Made by a program: the position numbers and the translations under genes. The notes beneath the pieces are model-generated. The model did no database searches. It saw only the letters and a list, made by a program, of their open reading frames with translations, and was not told where the DNA came from. From Candidatus Hydrogenedens sp. (lineage in GTDB: Bacteria; Hydrogenedentota; Hydrogenedentia; Hydrogenedentales; Hydrogenedentaceae), in NCBI GenBank assembly GCA_049968235.1, contig JBMFRC010000001.1, forward strand, positions 96,001 to 160,000: DNA of 64,000 nucleotides, in the 5' to 3' direction. Of the stretch, positions 10,401 to 18,900 are shown in pieces (position 1 is the stretch's first letter; the number at the start of each line of letters is the position of its first letter).

Positions 10401-10677
10401 TTTCTTCTGTTGCTGTATTTTCCGTAGAAGCATCGGAAAGAACTGCTTCCTGAACAGTCACCGGTGAGACAGGTGGAGATTTCTCTGCTTCCGTTTGTGC
10501 GCGAGCACCATGTGTTGTCATAAGGAATATGACAGTTATCATTGATACGAACATCATAAACCCAAAATAGAATTTTTTCGTGGTACGCATTCGTAATTTT
10601 TCCTCCCGTGGTCTTTTAACCGTTTGGAAGTTGTTATTATATCTATAATTATCTACTAAATGACATTCCTTTTTCAT
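7420..10677 (-). CDS. pilQ: PilQ-like secretin (1,085 aa) with an N-terminal signal peptide, a TPR region, a coiled coil, a Pro/Gly-rich segment, a Gly-Tyr tandem-repeat low-complexity domain and a C-terminal secretin domain.
   Basis: Secretin signatures are QVSIEAKFLTVRIEDLKKIGFNWTG, LSVAFDYLNSLRESELLSAPRVTTMNRKPAVV and DGDTLVLGGLVQDKTIHNNQKMPYLADIPLIGFFFRGKSKEVQQSSLLIFVTPDII. N0/STN-like modules are SLDSIVSIEFEDIHISEITTFISDSYGVNIVIDN and SLKDVTLREALKALLRPLGLDFSV. The gene is the last in a pilM-N-O-P-Q order. The probable true start is the internal MRTTKKFYFGFMMFVSMITVIFLMTTHGARAQ. Confidence 0.8.
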   Translation of the reverse strand: MKKECHLVDNYRYNNNFQTVKRPREEKLRMRTTKKFYFGFMMFVSMITVIFLMTTHGARAQTEAEKSPPVSPVTVQEAVLSDASTENTATEENAETYFRRGVGLYKKELYREALTEFNRALALDPNHKEAQVYQQKCNAQLQLSIGEKKEMTPLPAFETFQPAQPGEMPEKNAEELKKERVQKLLSDAQRYMEAQKFDIAVEIYNNILLIDPKNDTAREGLHQATIKLHQESVKESERKVSEDRARVREFIEKSKQIPEGADARGIKPYKFTVPEIEEETAPVTKVSEIEKSLDSIVSIEFEDIHISEITTFISDSYGVNIVIDNRAVEPPSKQQPQQTPGQPAQPGAMGMPGAPGQPFGAPGGVRPPMAGPGVAPGGIGLRGGPGGAPPGGLQGGGLGAPLGAPGQQGYAVSPDVYYGTKSNGIVPYISLKDVTLREALKALLRPLGLDFSVQPGFVWISKPEIIRQETFEALETRFYEMRNVGSDRLFKLVLRNPFGGVGGVGGGYGGGYGVSYGGRMGGYGGGMYGGGGYGGGYGGGMYGGGYGGGMYGGGGYGGGYGGGMYGGGYGGGMYGGGYGGGMYGGGMGGYRGGMGGYGGYGGGMYGGGMGGYGGYGGGMYGGGMGGYGGGYGRDVTTLSNISDMFSTISDQIVGELGPIGITQVGTGAGIGGLGGRGTLATGTTATGYGGAQGTAQLGAGAGFEETELSGLQILADAIPPVKEPYTGEVLSKIAYNEATNMLIVTNTPTNLDKFEQILGQIDVTPKQVSIEAKFLTVRIEDLKKIGFNWTGNLSDLNNRVRQNDYLSQQTYSYDINGDGVDEEVPFYVRPDGSNVVRNSVTQGTISGLVNPPAPAAAASTLSLITKIIDNADGDQLSVAFDYLNSLRESELLSAPRVTTMNRKPAVVADFQTEYYLTQVYNEVYVTEGGFGGSQTQSVITQPQFSPFNFGIALSVTPQIRDNDQVRLWLNPEVRARIGEKKFEQKNVVGTTETKTEIILPTTSWQAAWTNVIVHDGDTLVLGGLVQDKTIHNNQKMPYLADIPLIGFFFRGKSKEVQQSSLLIFVTPDIIDTTGARFFNVGKESS
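8760..9180. repeat. Tandem DNA repeat with a period of about 21-45 nt. It encodes the Gly-Tyr-Met repeat (GGYGGGMYGGGGYGGGYGGGMYGGG...) of the secretin.
   Basis: Units such as ccaccaccatacattccgccaccatatccgccatatccaccc recur many times between about 8810 and 9130. The alternate-frame ORF 8763..9131 (MAV..DMAV.. repeats) is an artefact of the same periodicity. Confidence 0.8.
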
Positions 10678-10689
10678 TTTTTTCCTACC

Positions 10690-11202
10690 TTATTTTTGCA
10701 TTTCTAATGTGAATCTTCTTCCATATTGTTCCGAATATATAACAACTGTTTTATCTTCAGGATTAACCTGTTCAAGAATAAACTGTTCAAATTCTTCACC
10801 TTCATCATACCATTTTGTTGTAGACCGGGTACGAAGTTGTGCTCGCCTCCGTTCTCCCACCTGGCGAATATTAAGTAAAGTAATTCCAAGGTCTTTGGCT
10901 GTAATTTCTTTTGAACCCGTAGAACCTGTAGATTCACCGGCAAAATACCAGAAGGGATTTTCTCTCCATAGAGAGGCATAAGTCCCGGGTATTGATGAGA
11001 GAGGAGGTGAAGGTGGCACAGGTGGTTTAAGTTCATCGGGGACCTCCTTCCGAGGAGGAGAATAAACTTCTTCTTTTTCCGGTGGAGGTGGATATGCAAT
11101 TACATATACCCGGTATCCTAAAATTCCTACCAGAATAAGTAAAACAAATCTTTCTTTGTTCCACCAGAACCATATTCCTATTTTTTGTATTTTGTCTATC
11201 AT
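10690..11202 (-). CDS. pilP: PilP-like pilus assembly protein with an N-terminal TM helix, a proline-rich linker and a C-terminal beta domain.
   Basis: It sits between the pilO-like and pilQ genes. The TM helix is FVLLILVGILGYRVYVIAY and the proline-rich segment is PPPPEKEEVYSPPRKEVPDELKPPVPPSPP. The C-terminus LLNIRQVGERRRAQLRTRSTTKWYDEGEEFEQFILEQVNPEDKTVVIY resembles the PilP/GspC-HR fold pattern, in which an R-rich strand is followed by a 'G...F..V...D.VV.' motif. Confidence 0.45.
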   Translation of the reverse strand: MIDKIQKIGIWFWWNKERFVLLILVGILGYRVYVIAYPPPPEKEEVYSPPRKEVPDELKPPVPPSPPLSSIPGTYASLWRENPFWYFAGESTGSTGSKEITAKDLGITLLNIRQVGERRRAQLRTRSTTKWYDEGEEFEQFILEQVNPEDKTVVIYSEQYGRRFTLEMQK

Positions 11203-11211
11203 AGTATATAT

Positions 11212-12183
11212 TTAATTTGTATATAAAATATATCGTTTAAACCATTTCCATGCTTTTGCAAAAAAACCTGCTTGTTCAGCAGAAGTATCTTTATTTACGG
11301 ATTGTCGTCTTTGTCCACCTGCTCCCATTTGTGTCTGATATTGAAGTTGAATATCAATACTCACCTCCTGAGGAGGTTTGTAATTTGCTTGTGAAATAAC
11401 CATTTCTATCTGGAGCAAAGGCTCTACATTATAAGCGATATAGGGATACTGAATTCTAAGGGCATTGATATGAAAATAACGGTCCGCTAATCGTAATTTC
11501 TGCTCTACAAAATTTACGAAATCTTTCATTGTCATATTACAGCGGACTCCAAACACAAAAAACGATAATAATTTCTCAAAATCGGGATGCTGTGAAATAG
11601 GAGGCCAGAAAACAATATCATCTATACTTACCATTTTGGAATCCAAAAGGTATTCACACATCTTGATACCAAAGGCGAGTTTTGCCAACTGTCTATTTAC
11701 TAATTCTTCCGTAACATCTGTTCTTGATATTTCATCAAGACTAAGTACTCCTAAAGATTTTCGTATATCCTGAGGGAACAGGTCATACCGACCCATCTTT
11801 TCTCCTACTTTTTCATACAGTTGTTTTACCATTTTTTGTGCTTGTTCTTCATACCAGAATTTTAATATAACACCTTCTTTAGGGGGAACTTCATGGTCTG
11901 TCCAGTTACTCAGATTAAAGAAGGAAGACCTTTTCTTTAAGGCATCTTCCCAGGGTATTACTTGGGCTCGCCATTCACGAATTAATACTTCGGGGTCTGT
12001 TCGTGAAAAGGTCTGTTCTAAGTCTTTCAGTGCATTTTCATATGCTTTTTTTAAATCTTCATCTTTCTTATAGGCTGTGAGTTGTTTCTGTAAGAAGAAA
12101 TAGTAAACACCTGTAAAAAGGAGGAATGAAAGGAGTAGAACGGTAATATAGATAAGGGTGCCTCTTGAAATAGTTATATTCAT
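11212..12183 (-). CDS. pilO: PilO-like bitopic inner-membrane protein, assigned by position and topology.
   Basis: It has an N-terminal TM helix (LIYITVLLLSFLLFTGVYYFFL) and then a coiled-coil region. It lies between pilMN and the pilP-like gene and overlaps pilMN by 4 nt. No family-specific motif was recognised, and at 323 aa it is longer than a typical PilO. Confidence 0.35.
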   Translation of the reverse strand: MNITISRGTLIYITVLLLSFLLFTGVYYFFLQKQLTAYKKDEDLKKAYENALKDLEQTFSRTDPEVLIREWRAQVIPWEDALKKRSSFFNLSNWTDHEVPPKEGVILKFWYEEQAQKMVKQLYEKVGEKMGRYDLFPQDIRKSLGVLSLDEISRTDVTEELVNRQLAKLAFGIKMCEYLLDSKMVSIDDIVFWPPISQHPDFEKLLSFFVFGVRCNMTMKDFVNFVEQKLRLADRYFHINALRIQYPYIAYNVEPLLQIEMVISQANYKPPQEVSIDIQLQYQTQMGAGGQRRQSVNKDTSAEQAGFFAKAWKWFKRYILYTN

Positions 12184-14270
12184 GACCCTGCTCCTCCTCC
12201 GGTGGGTGCTAAATCTTTTGCAGACACCCGTTCAAACTGCACTGTGATTATAAAGGTAAACAAATTTTGGCCGGTTGCTGAAAATGCTGCTGTCTGTCCT
12301 GTCTGCTGGGATAATGCCCCCAATCGTTGTTGACCCCCAAAACTTCCTGTTCCTGGAGCAGAACTACCTTGAAACGCAGACTGTGCATTATATAAAGAAC
12401 TCCAGGGAGTTACCTGTACGCTGGCTTCAGAAAAGTAAACTTCTTTAATTCTTAAAACACCTTCCGAAAGATTTAACGAGGCTTTCTTCAAATTATCCAC
12501 AAAACTTTTAATGATAGTATCCGAAGTCGCTAACCCTGTTATACGAAATCCATTTGAACGAGGTAGAGGTGGTGCCTGTTGTGTTCCCGGTGATTGCTGT
12601 GTTGTTGGGGGGGGAGGAACGTTATCTCTTCTAAAAAGCCCTCCACCACCTGTTCCGCCCATTCCTACCATAGGTCCATGTGAACCTATTCCGGGGAAGC
12701 CTGAAATATTAACTGGAGTTTGTTGTTGCGTTGGTATACCCATAGCCGGGATATTCCTGCCTGCTGGCATAGGTTGCCCTGCTTGCGGTTGCTGGATAAA
12801 AACCGTTTCGATGGAACTAAACCATATTCCGTCTTTATCGGTTCGGGGAGGTCTTGCGGATAGAACCAGAGACATTTCATCCAACCAATATCTTCTATTA
12901 TAAACCGCTTTATCCAGTGCCTTTACTTTGTTTTCTAAGATTTTAATTTCTGCCTGTGCCTTACTCAATTCCTGTTTTAGAGGAGACACAATCGTTGGAT
13001 TCTGGGCTACTTCGGGGTCGTACATTCGCACATATCGGCGGAGTTCTTCTATTCTAGCCTTGACAAACTTATTCTGTGATGCATGTACAGGAATCACAGA
13101 TGCCATTATCAAGGCAAGGGTAATCATGGACAATGCCCAGTAAATGGCTTGTTCTTTTCTCCTTCGTATTTCTATGATACGCGGGGGAATAAGATTAATT
13201 TCTAATGCGGTTGTTTCCCAATTACGGAGTGCTAATCCCAAAACGACGCAACTTCTTTCAGGATGTTGAGCAATGGATTGTGCATCAGGACCGATTGTAA
13301 TACCACTGAGAGGCTGGGCAATTCGCACATCTATCCCTAAGGCACGCTGGAGGAATGGCACAATATTCCGAAGAGCACATCCTCCTCCACATAAATAAAC
13401 TCGTGTTACCTGTCCTCCACCGGGAAGTGAACGGAAATAGGAAAAAGAACGTTGAATTTCGTTTACAAGACGGTTCAATACGCGTCCAATGGCTTCTCCT
13501 CCTTTACCGTCAATTTGAGGATTCCCTGTAGGTGCGAAGCCTTTTTCACATTTAATTTTCTCCGCTTCCTCAAAAGGAATATTGAAAGTATCTGCAATAG
13601 CCTGAGTAATATCATTTCCACCGATATTTAATGTTCTTGTATTACGGAAAATGCCGTCGCGTTCTACAACAATATTTGTGGTGGAAGCACCAAGGTCAAT
13701 TACTGCGACGCATTCACTATGTGCATGAAGTTCCCCGTTATATTTGAGCCAACTATACGAAGCGAAAGGAATAACATCCACAATGTCAGGACTTAATTTT
13801 AACCCTTCCACAATAGATAAGTATTTATCAACCACATCTGTTTTGATGGCAACCATCAGAACTTCATAACCCCCTCCTTCTGGATGGTCTAATATCTGAT
13901 AATCAATGGCTATCTGTTTCAAATCAAATGGAATTTGTTGTTGAATTTCATATCTAACAATCTGGTCTACTTTCCTCTCCGCTACGGGAGGAAGCGAACG
14001 AACACGAACAAATACGGATTGACCCGGAACGGCTAACATTAATTTTCTGGTTTTTACTTTTGCCTGTTTTAATAGTTCTGCAACTGCTTTCTTTCGTAAA
14101 TCTTTTCGTTCCTCTTCATCCATCCGAAAATCATTCGTTACAGGTTTCTCAAAATATTTTATCAACTGCAGTCCACTTTTTGTTTTCTTAAATTCGCAAA
14201 GACGAACCGCAGAAGTTCCTATCTCAATGATTACTCTCTTTTTTCCTTTTCTTGTCGTATATACTGACAT
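12180..14270 (-). CDS. pilMN: Fusion of PilM (actin-like ATPase fold) and PilN, with a C-terminal Gly/Pro/Gln/Thr-rich low-complexity tail of about 250 aa.
   Basis: PilM hallmarks are RVIIEIGTSAVRLCEF, VAVIDLGASTTNIVVERDG and VYLCGGGCALRNIVPFLQRALGIDVRIAQPL. The PilN hallmark EINLIPPRIIEIRRRKEQAIYWALSMITLALIMASVIPV is followed by a coiled coil. The tail begins QPMPAGRNIPAMGIPTQQQTPV and ends ...GSFGGQQRLGALSQQTGQTAAFSATGQN. Confidence 0.75.
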   Translation of the reverse strand: MSVYTTRKGKKRVIIEIGTSAVRLCEFKKTKSGLQLIKYFEKPVTNDFRMDEEERKDLRKKAVAELLKQAKVKTRKLMLAVPGQSVFVRVRSLPPVAERKVDQIVRYEIQQQIPFDLKQIAIDYQILDHPEGGGYEVLMVAIKTDVVDKYLSIVEGLKLSPDIVDVIPFASYSWLKYNGELHAHSECVAVIDLGASTTNIVVERDGIFRNTRTLNIGGNDITQAIADTFNIPFEEAEKIKCEKGFAPTGNPQIDGKGGEAIGRVLNRLVNEIQRSFSYFRSLPGGGQVTRVYLCGGGCALRNIVPFLQRALGIDVRIAQPLSGITIGPDAQSIAQHPERSCVVLGLALRNWETTALEINLIPPRIIEIRRRKEQAIYWALSMITLALIMASVIPVHASQNKFVKARIEELRRYVRMYDPEVAQNPTIVSPLKQELSKAQAEIKILENKVKALDKAVYNRRYWLDEMSLVLSARPPRTDKDGIWFSSIETVFIQQPQAGQPMPAGRNIPAMGIPTQQQTPVNISGFPGIGSHGPMVGMGGTGGGGLFRRDNVPPPPTTQQSPGTQQAPPLPRSNGFRITGLATSDTIIKSFVDNLKKASLNLSEGVLRIKEVYFSEASVQVTPWSSLYNAQSAFQGSSAPGTGSFGGQQRLGALSQQTGQTAAFSATGQNLFTFIITVQFERVSAKDLAPTGGGAGS

Positions 14271-14304
14271 ATCTTGTTTTTATCTATTCCTTGTATGTAA
14301 TCAT

Positions 14305-14332
14305 ATTATTTTACTATATCTTTCAATTTCAA
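14305..14332 (-). promoter_or_regulatory. Candidate sigma70-like promoter for the pilMN-O-P-Q operon on the minus strand, with -35 TTGAAA and -10 AATAAT.
   Basis: The reverse complement of 14327-14332 (tttcaa) is TTGAAA. After a spacer of about 16 nt, the reverse complement of 14305-14310 (attatt) is AATAAT. The boxes lie in the 254-nt AT-rich intergenic region upstream of the pilMN start at 14270. The call is weak because AT-rich DNA yields many such matches. Confidence 0.25.
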
Positions 14333-14524
14333 GTAAATTCTTTTCAACATTTCATTTTTTACACTTCTAATATCCTATGTTAATAATTGTATTACAAATA
14401 ATCTTTAAAGTCAAGAAAATTATTGACAAAAATAATTTATTTTTTTACCTATCCAATTTTTCTTGACATATTATTTTAATACATTTTTAATGTATATTAC
14501 ATCAAATATATTGCTGGATGGAAA

Positions 14525-15922
14525 TTACTTCTTCTGTGCAGATAAATTTTGGGATAAGTCTTTTACACATCGGAAGCCATAATCTGAACGATTTGAATCC
14601 ATTCTGTCAAAATGACGACGGGCACATCTTGCGTCAAATTTTTCTGTCATAAAGGAACCTCCCCTTAACACACGATAAATTTGCCCATACTCTTTTCGGA
14701 TATACTGATTTCCTTCATATCGCTGATACCAGTCTGAAACCCATTCATATGCATTCCCTGCCATATCAAAACAGCCATAAGGTGAAACGCCTCCAATATA
14801 ACTACCAATAGGGACAGGCATGTCAAGATTTTTTTCTTTTGTGTTACATAAATCTAATGAGAATTCGTTTCCCCATGGGTATTCTCTACCATCTTCACCA
14901 CGAGCGGCTTTCTCCCATTCAATTTCGGTGGGTAATCTTTTCCCCACTCTTGTCGCATATGACACAGCCTGGTCCCATGAAACACCCGTTACAGGGTAGC
15001 GCTCTTGTCCTTTGGGGAAAGTATACTCTGGAAAAACTTTTTTAAATTCTTCATTTGTTACTTCGTATTTATCAATATAAAATGCAGGAACAAAAACTTT
15101 TTTTCTTGGTGCTTCATCGGGAGAACGTTCATTTTCACCAAAAATAAATTCACCTGCTGGGACCAATACCATTCCTGGGGGGGTTTCTCCTTCTTTTAAT
15201 ACAAGTGTAATAGTTTGCTCTTTGTTTGGTTGAATAACAACTTTTGAATGTTCTTCAATAAAACCATCTGCAGAAATTGTGATTAAATATTCACCCGGCG
15301 CAAGTTGCAATTGTAAGGGTGTCTTTTGTGATTGAGGGACATTATTAATCCGAACAGTTCCACCTGTGGGACGAGATAGAATATTTATCGTTCCTTCCAT
15401 AGGTTTCAAGATATATTTTATTGGGTAGTGAAAATCTTCACGGACTTCTAAATCACCCTCAACAGGATAGTAATCTGCCAGTTGCAATTTATATGTTTTA
15501 TGTCCAATTTCTACAGGATATCGGAAAATGGGGGTATTTCCTATCTTCACCCCATCCAGATAAACTTCGGCTCCTGAGGGTTCGGTTTCAAAATTAATAT
15601 ATCCCTGTAACGGCTTTAATTGTAATAGATATTGAGAATGTTCTCCGGGACGAAGAAGCAATGTTTCCACTGTTCGTTGATAATGTTCCTTTTTTAATAT
15701 TACTTCGAGAGAACCGGGAGGGAGATCTGTCAATGTCAGAGGAGTAACTCCTTTTTCCTCTCCAAATACAATAACCGTTGCTCCCTGTTCTGGTGCAGTG
15801 TCTATTGTAACACTGCTTAATTGTTGTCTTTTCTTTTCAGAGGAACACGATAAAACAAGAGATACAACGACAATCCAACCTATACCCCATACTACAGCCT
15901 GCTTCATATTACTGTTAACCAT
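14525..15922 (-). CDS. Lipoprotein with PEGA-like beta domains and a C-terminal formylglycine-generating-enzyme (FGE-sulfatase/SUMF1, DUF323) domain.
   Basis: The lipobox-like sequence is SLVLSCSS. The FGE signature is GEFIFGENERSPDEAPRKKVFVPAFYIDKYEVTNEEFKKVF...YPVTGVSWDQAVSYATRVGKRLPTEIEWEKAARGEDGREYPWGNEF...LRGGSF. The N-terminal half has repeated PEGA-type modules (GATVIVFGEEKGVTP..., AEVYLDGVKIGNTP..., GTVRINNVPQSQKTP). Confidence 0.7.
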   Translation of the reverse strand: MVNSNMKQAVVWGIGWIVVVSLVLSCSSEKKRQQLSSVTIDTAPEQGATVIVFGEEKGVTPLTLTDLPPGSLEVILKKEHYQRTVETLLLRPGEHSQYLLQLKPLQGYINFETEPSGAEVYLDGVKIGNTPIFRYPVEIGHKTYKLQLADYYPVEGDLEVREDFHYPIKYILKPMEGTINILSRPTGGTVRINNVPQSQKTPLQLQLAPGEYLITISADGFIEEHSKVVIQPNKEQTITLVLKEGETPPGMVLVPAGEFIFGENERSPDEAPRKKVFVPAFYIDKYEVTNEEFKKVFPEYTFPKGQERYPVTGVSWDQAVSYATRVGKRLPTEIEWEKAARGEDGREYPWGNEFSLDLCNTKEKNLDMPVPIGSYIGGVSPYGCFDMAGNAYEWVSDWYQRYEGNQYIRKEYGQIYRVLRGGSFMTEKFDARCARRHFDRMDSNRSDYGFRCVKDLSQNLSAQKK

Positions 15923-15948
15923 TCATTATGAGCCTATAATTTATGAAT

Positions 15949-15971
15949 ACAATAATAATAATAATAATAAT
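15949..15971. repeat. (AAT)n / (ATA)n trinucleotide microsatellite of about 7-8 units in the 75-nt intergenic region upstream of the FGE-domain gene.
   Basis: The sequence reads acaataataataataataataatatac. It lies 27-50 nt upstream of the start codon of the FGE-domain gene on the minus strand. Confidence 0.8.
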
Positions 15972-15997
15972 ATACTAATAAATTGTGTATCTTATTT

Positions 15998-18900
15998 TCA
16001 TTCTCGCTGGAACATTTTTATTCTTTGCTCTTCTTTGGGTTGAGAAGGTGCAGTAATAGATCTTTCACTACTTCCTGCAGGAGGATATATTGTTACTGTA
16101 ACTTTTGCAGGAGTAGTATCCGCTACTAACGCTCCTGTTGTCGTATCCTGAACAAAGGCACGAACTACAAAATCATATTTCACTTCTCGTTTTCTAAATC
16201 CACCTTCAGGAGAGCCTTCATCTCCCAATCGGTCATTAAATACACCTGAACCACACTGAGTCGGTGGTAAATTTAAAAATTCAGGAGTTGATGTATACCA
16301 ATTTAAGTTGAATCGAGTACTTGCCTCATTGGGAGATAAGAAATCGGATGGGATACAAATCTCTGCAGTAGTATCTCCATATAACATCGATGCTGTTCCG
16401 CCTGCTACTAAATTAGAATCCTCAAATATTTGTATATCAAACCCTATTCTTCCAGAAACAAATCCTTCTGAAGGCAGGATACAAGACATATTTAATTTTA
16501 CTTCAATACGATAATCACAGGCATTTTCTAATGCAGGCAAAGGAACTCTTCGTGAGGAGCCAAATTCTCTTTCTCCAAAGTTATAATTTATAAATCTCCA
16601 TGTAGTTGGGTCAGCGGTAGAACGGTTCCACCAGGAGTTTATATCTAATTTAGTATCAATATCGAATTCACAGGGGTTACGCCAGATACAGAATGGGACA
16701 TTGTTCCCCGTTATTGTGCCTAATGAGTTAAATCTATTTCCGAACAAAATATTTGGGATTGGTTGGACATTTCCAGCTTCATCTGCACCAATAATTGTTG
16801 CCATTAAGAGGGCGCCACAATACCGTTTATCACTCAGAATATCATTAAGTGTTGTGATTGAGCCATCAGCGAACACTATTGGGGTATTCTTATCCATACT
16901 TTCACGATTAATAATCCAACCCCATCGACCTACAAATCTATCTACAGCCTCCCAGATAGAAGTTTCATAATTGAATGGGTCTATCGCAGACCATATACGA
17001 ATACCAAAAATAGGAAGGCAGGGGTCAGAATTTACAGGTTTATCCGATACACTTCTTGTCAACTTCCATTGTATATGTGGGTCCTTGTCCCACGCACCTA
17101 TCCGTGGAGCGGAGATAATTTCTATGACAGGGTCTCTCATCCACCATAATTCGAGAGCATCCTGTTGAGCAGGATTTTCTACCACTAAATTGCCCGACAA
17201 ATCTTTAACTAAAAACTTCATACGAATATGCCAATCCAAACCGAAACCAAGATTGAACCATCTCCATTTAACTAACGCAGACTGCCATGGTTGTGTATAT
17301 TCTGTTTGAGATGGGTCTGTTGTAGCAAAATATTCAACACCTGGATTCGATGTGTATGAAAGAACCCGACCTATATCGTTTAATGGAGCAATAAACGCAC
17401 ATCCCAGTCCTCTAAAAGGTTCAAGTCCTGTATATACAGGTCCATTTGTGAGTAAATCTATTATTGGCGTAACAGTAGTTGTAGATACATTGGACCTATT
17501 TGTAATAAATCCAGCAACTTCGACAATCCTCGGCGAGCCATTATATTCTGGATATGGGTCAGAGTAACCTGCTTGCAATATATATTCAAGAGGTGATTGA
17601 GGTAGATTATTGAAAAACATTTGTGCTGTCGGTGAAGTTTGATTACTTATTGTCCCATAAGAATATGCCAGAGGATTAAGAACTGCAGGACCCCAATTGG
17701 GTGGATAACTAAATTGAGATGGTGGAGAGATAACATCATTATTTTGTATAACGAATCCTACTGCAGTAGCATCATACAAATCATTTCTTAAACGCGGTGG
17801 GACCGTATCAATTACGAATTCTGTATCTTCTAAATAAAAGTTTATTCTATATTCTTGATTGGTTCCAATACCCATCAAAGTTTGATTTACTCGTAAATAA
17901 ATTCTCGCTCTACCATTTGTTGTGGATAGCACTCCATCTGTATCTGTTACAAATAATGAATCCATTGTGAACACACTTCTTCCTCTTTGACGAGTAGTAT
18001 CTATCGGGACAACCACTTGTTTTAATTCTGTTGGAAGTTTATTTAATTGTGATAACGGATTAGGATTATTTTTAACCAGAGGGACATATTCTTCGGGTAC
18101 GAGGTATAAGGTAGCATCATCAAGAGTTTCTCCCTGAATTCCTACTTCTACGGTAAATTCATTTCCGATACCTATATCTCTTTCCCTACCAGTAGCGCTA
18201 CGAGGAACTGTAGGACTTACATTACAATAACTCCACAAAAGTTCTGCACCTCCAATAATTACTTCATCGGCACTTACTTGAATGTTACGGATATCCCGAA
18301 CTTCATTTTCAAAGTCCGTATAAGGGGAGGGACTGGCACAACTTGTGAGACTTAAATAGGGTATAAATATATTTGGGACATAATTCAGAACTGCTTCGAG
18401 AGAGACCCGTGACGGGATAGGAGTTATCAATTTTCCTATCCATGGGCTATCATAGAAATGAACGGAAAGAGGGTCTATCGTTATAGGCGTTCCTACTTCT
18501 GTAACGCCCGTAATGATTGGAGGATACACAAGATTCCACCCACTTATTAGACTGGCTCCTGGCTCACATACCAATCCACCACCGGTGTTGTTCCAGACTA
18601 AGGTTGCCATAACATAGGTGCTTCCCGTTCCTTTGCTTTCAACACCTATACCTCCATTAGAATAAATTGTGCTTTGTACTATTGCAGTGGTTCCATTATT
18701 CAATACACCATCGTTCAAACTCCCATAGATAACCGTTTGTAAAATGGAAGCCTTTCCATCTGGCATAACCACAACGCCATCATCAAGTTTAGGACCTATA
18801 AAAGAACGACTCACTTTACTCATTCCTTGTATATTTAGGATACCAGCACTACCCTGGGTAAGGGAAAGGTTCTCAATGCATAAATTACCATTGAGGTGAA

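Noticed and set aside
10704-11099. Alternative-frame ORFs (131 aa minus, 90 aa plus) overlapping the PilP-like gene
   Set aside because: They are shorter and lack signal or TM logic. The 170-aa frame has a TM helix, a proline-rich linker and a PilP-like C-terminus, and fits the operon spacing.
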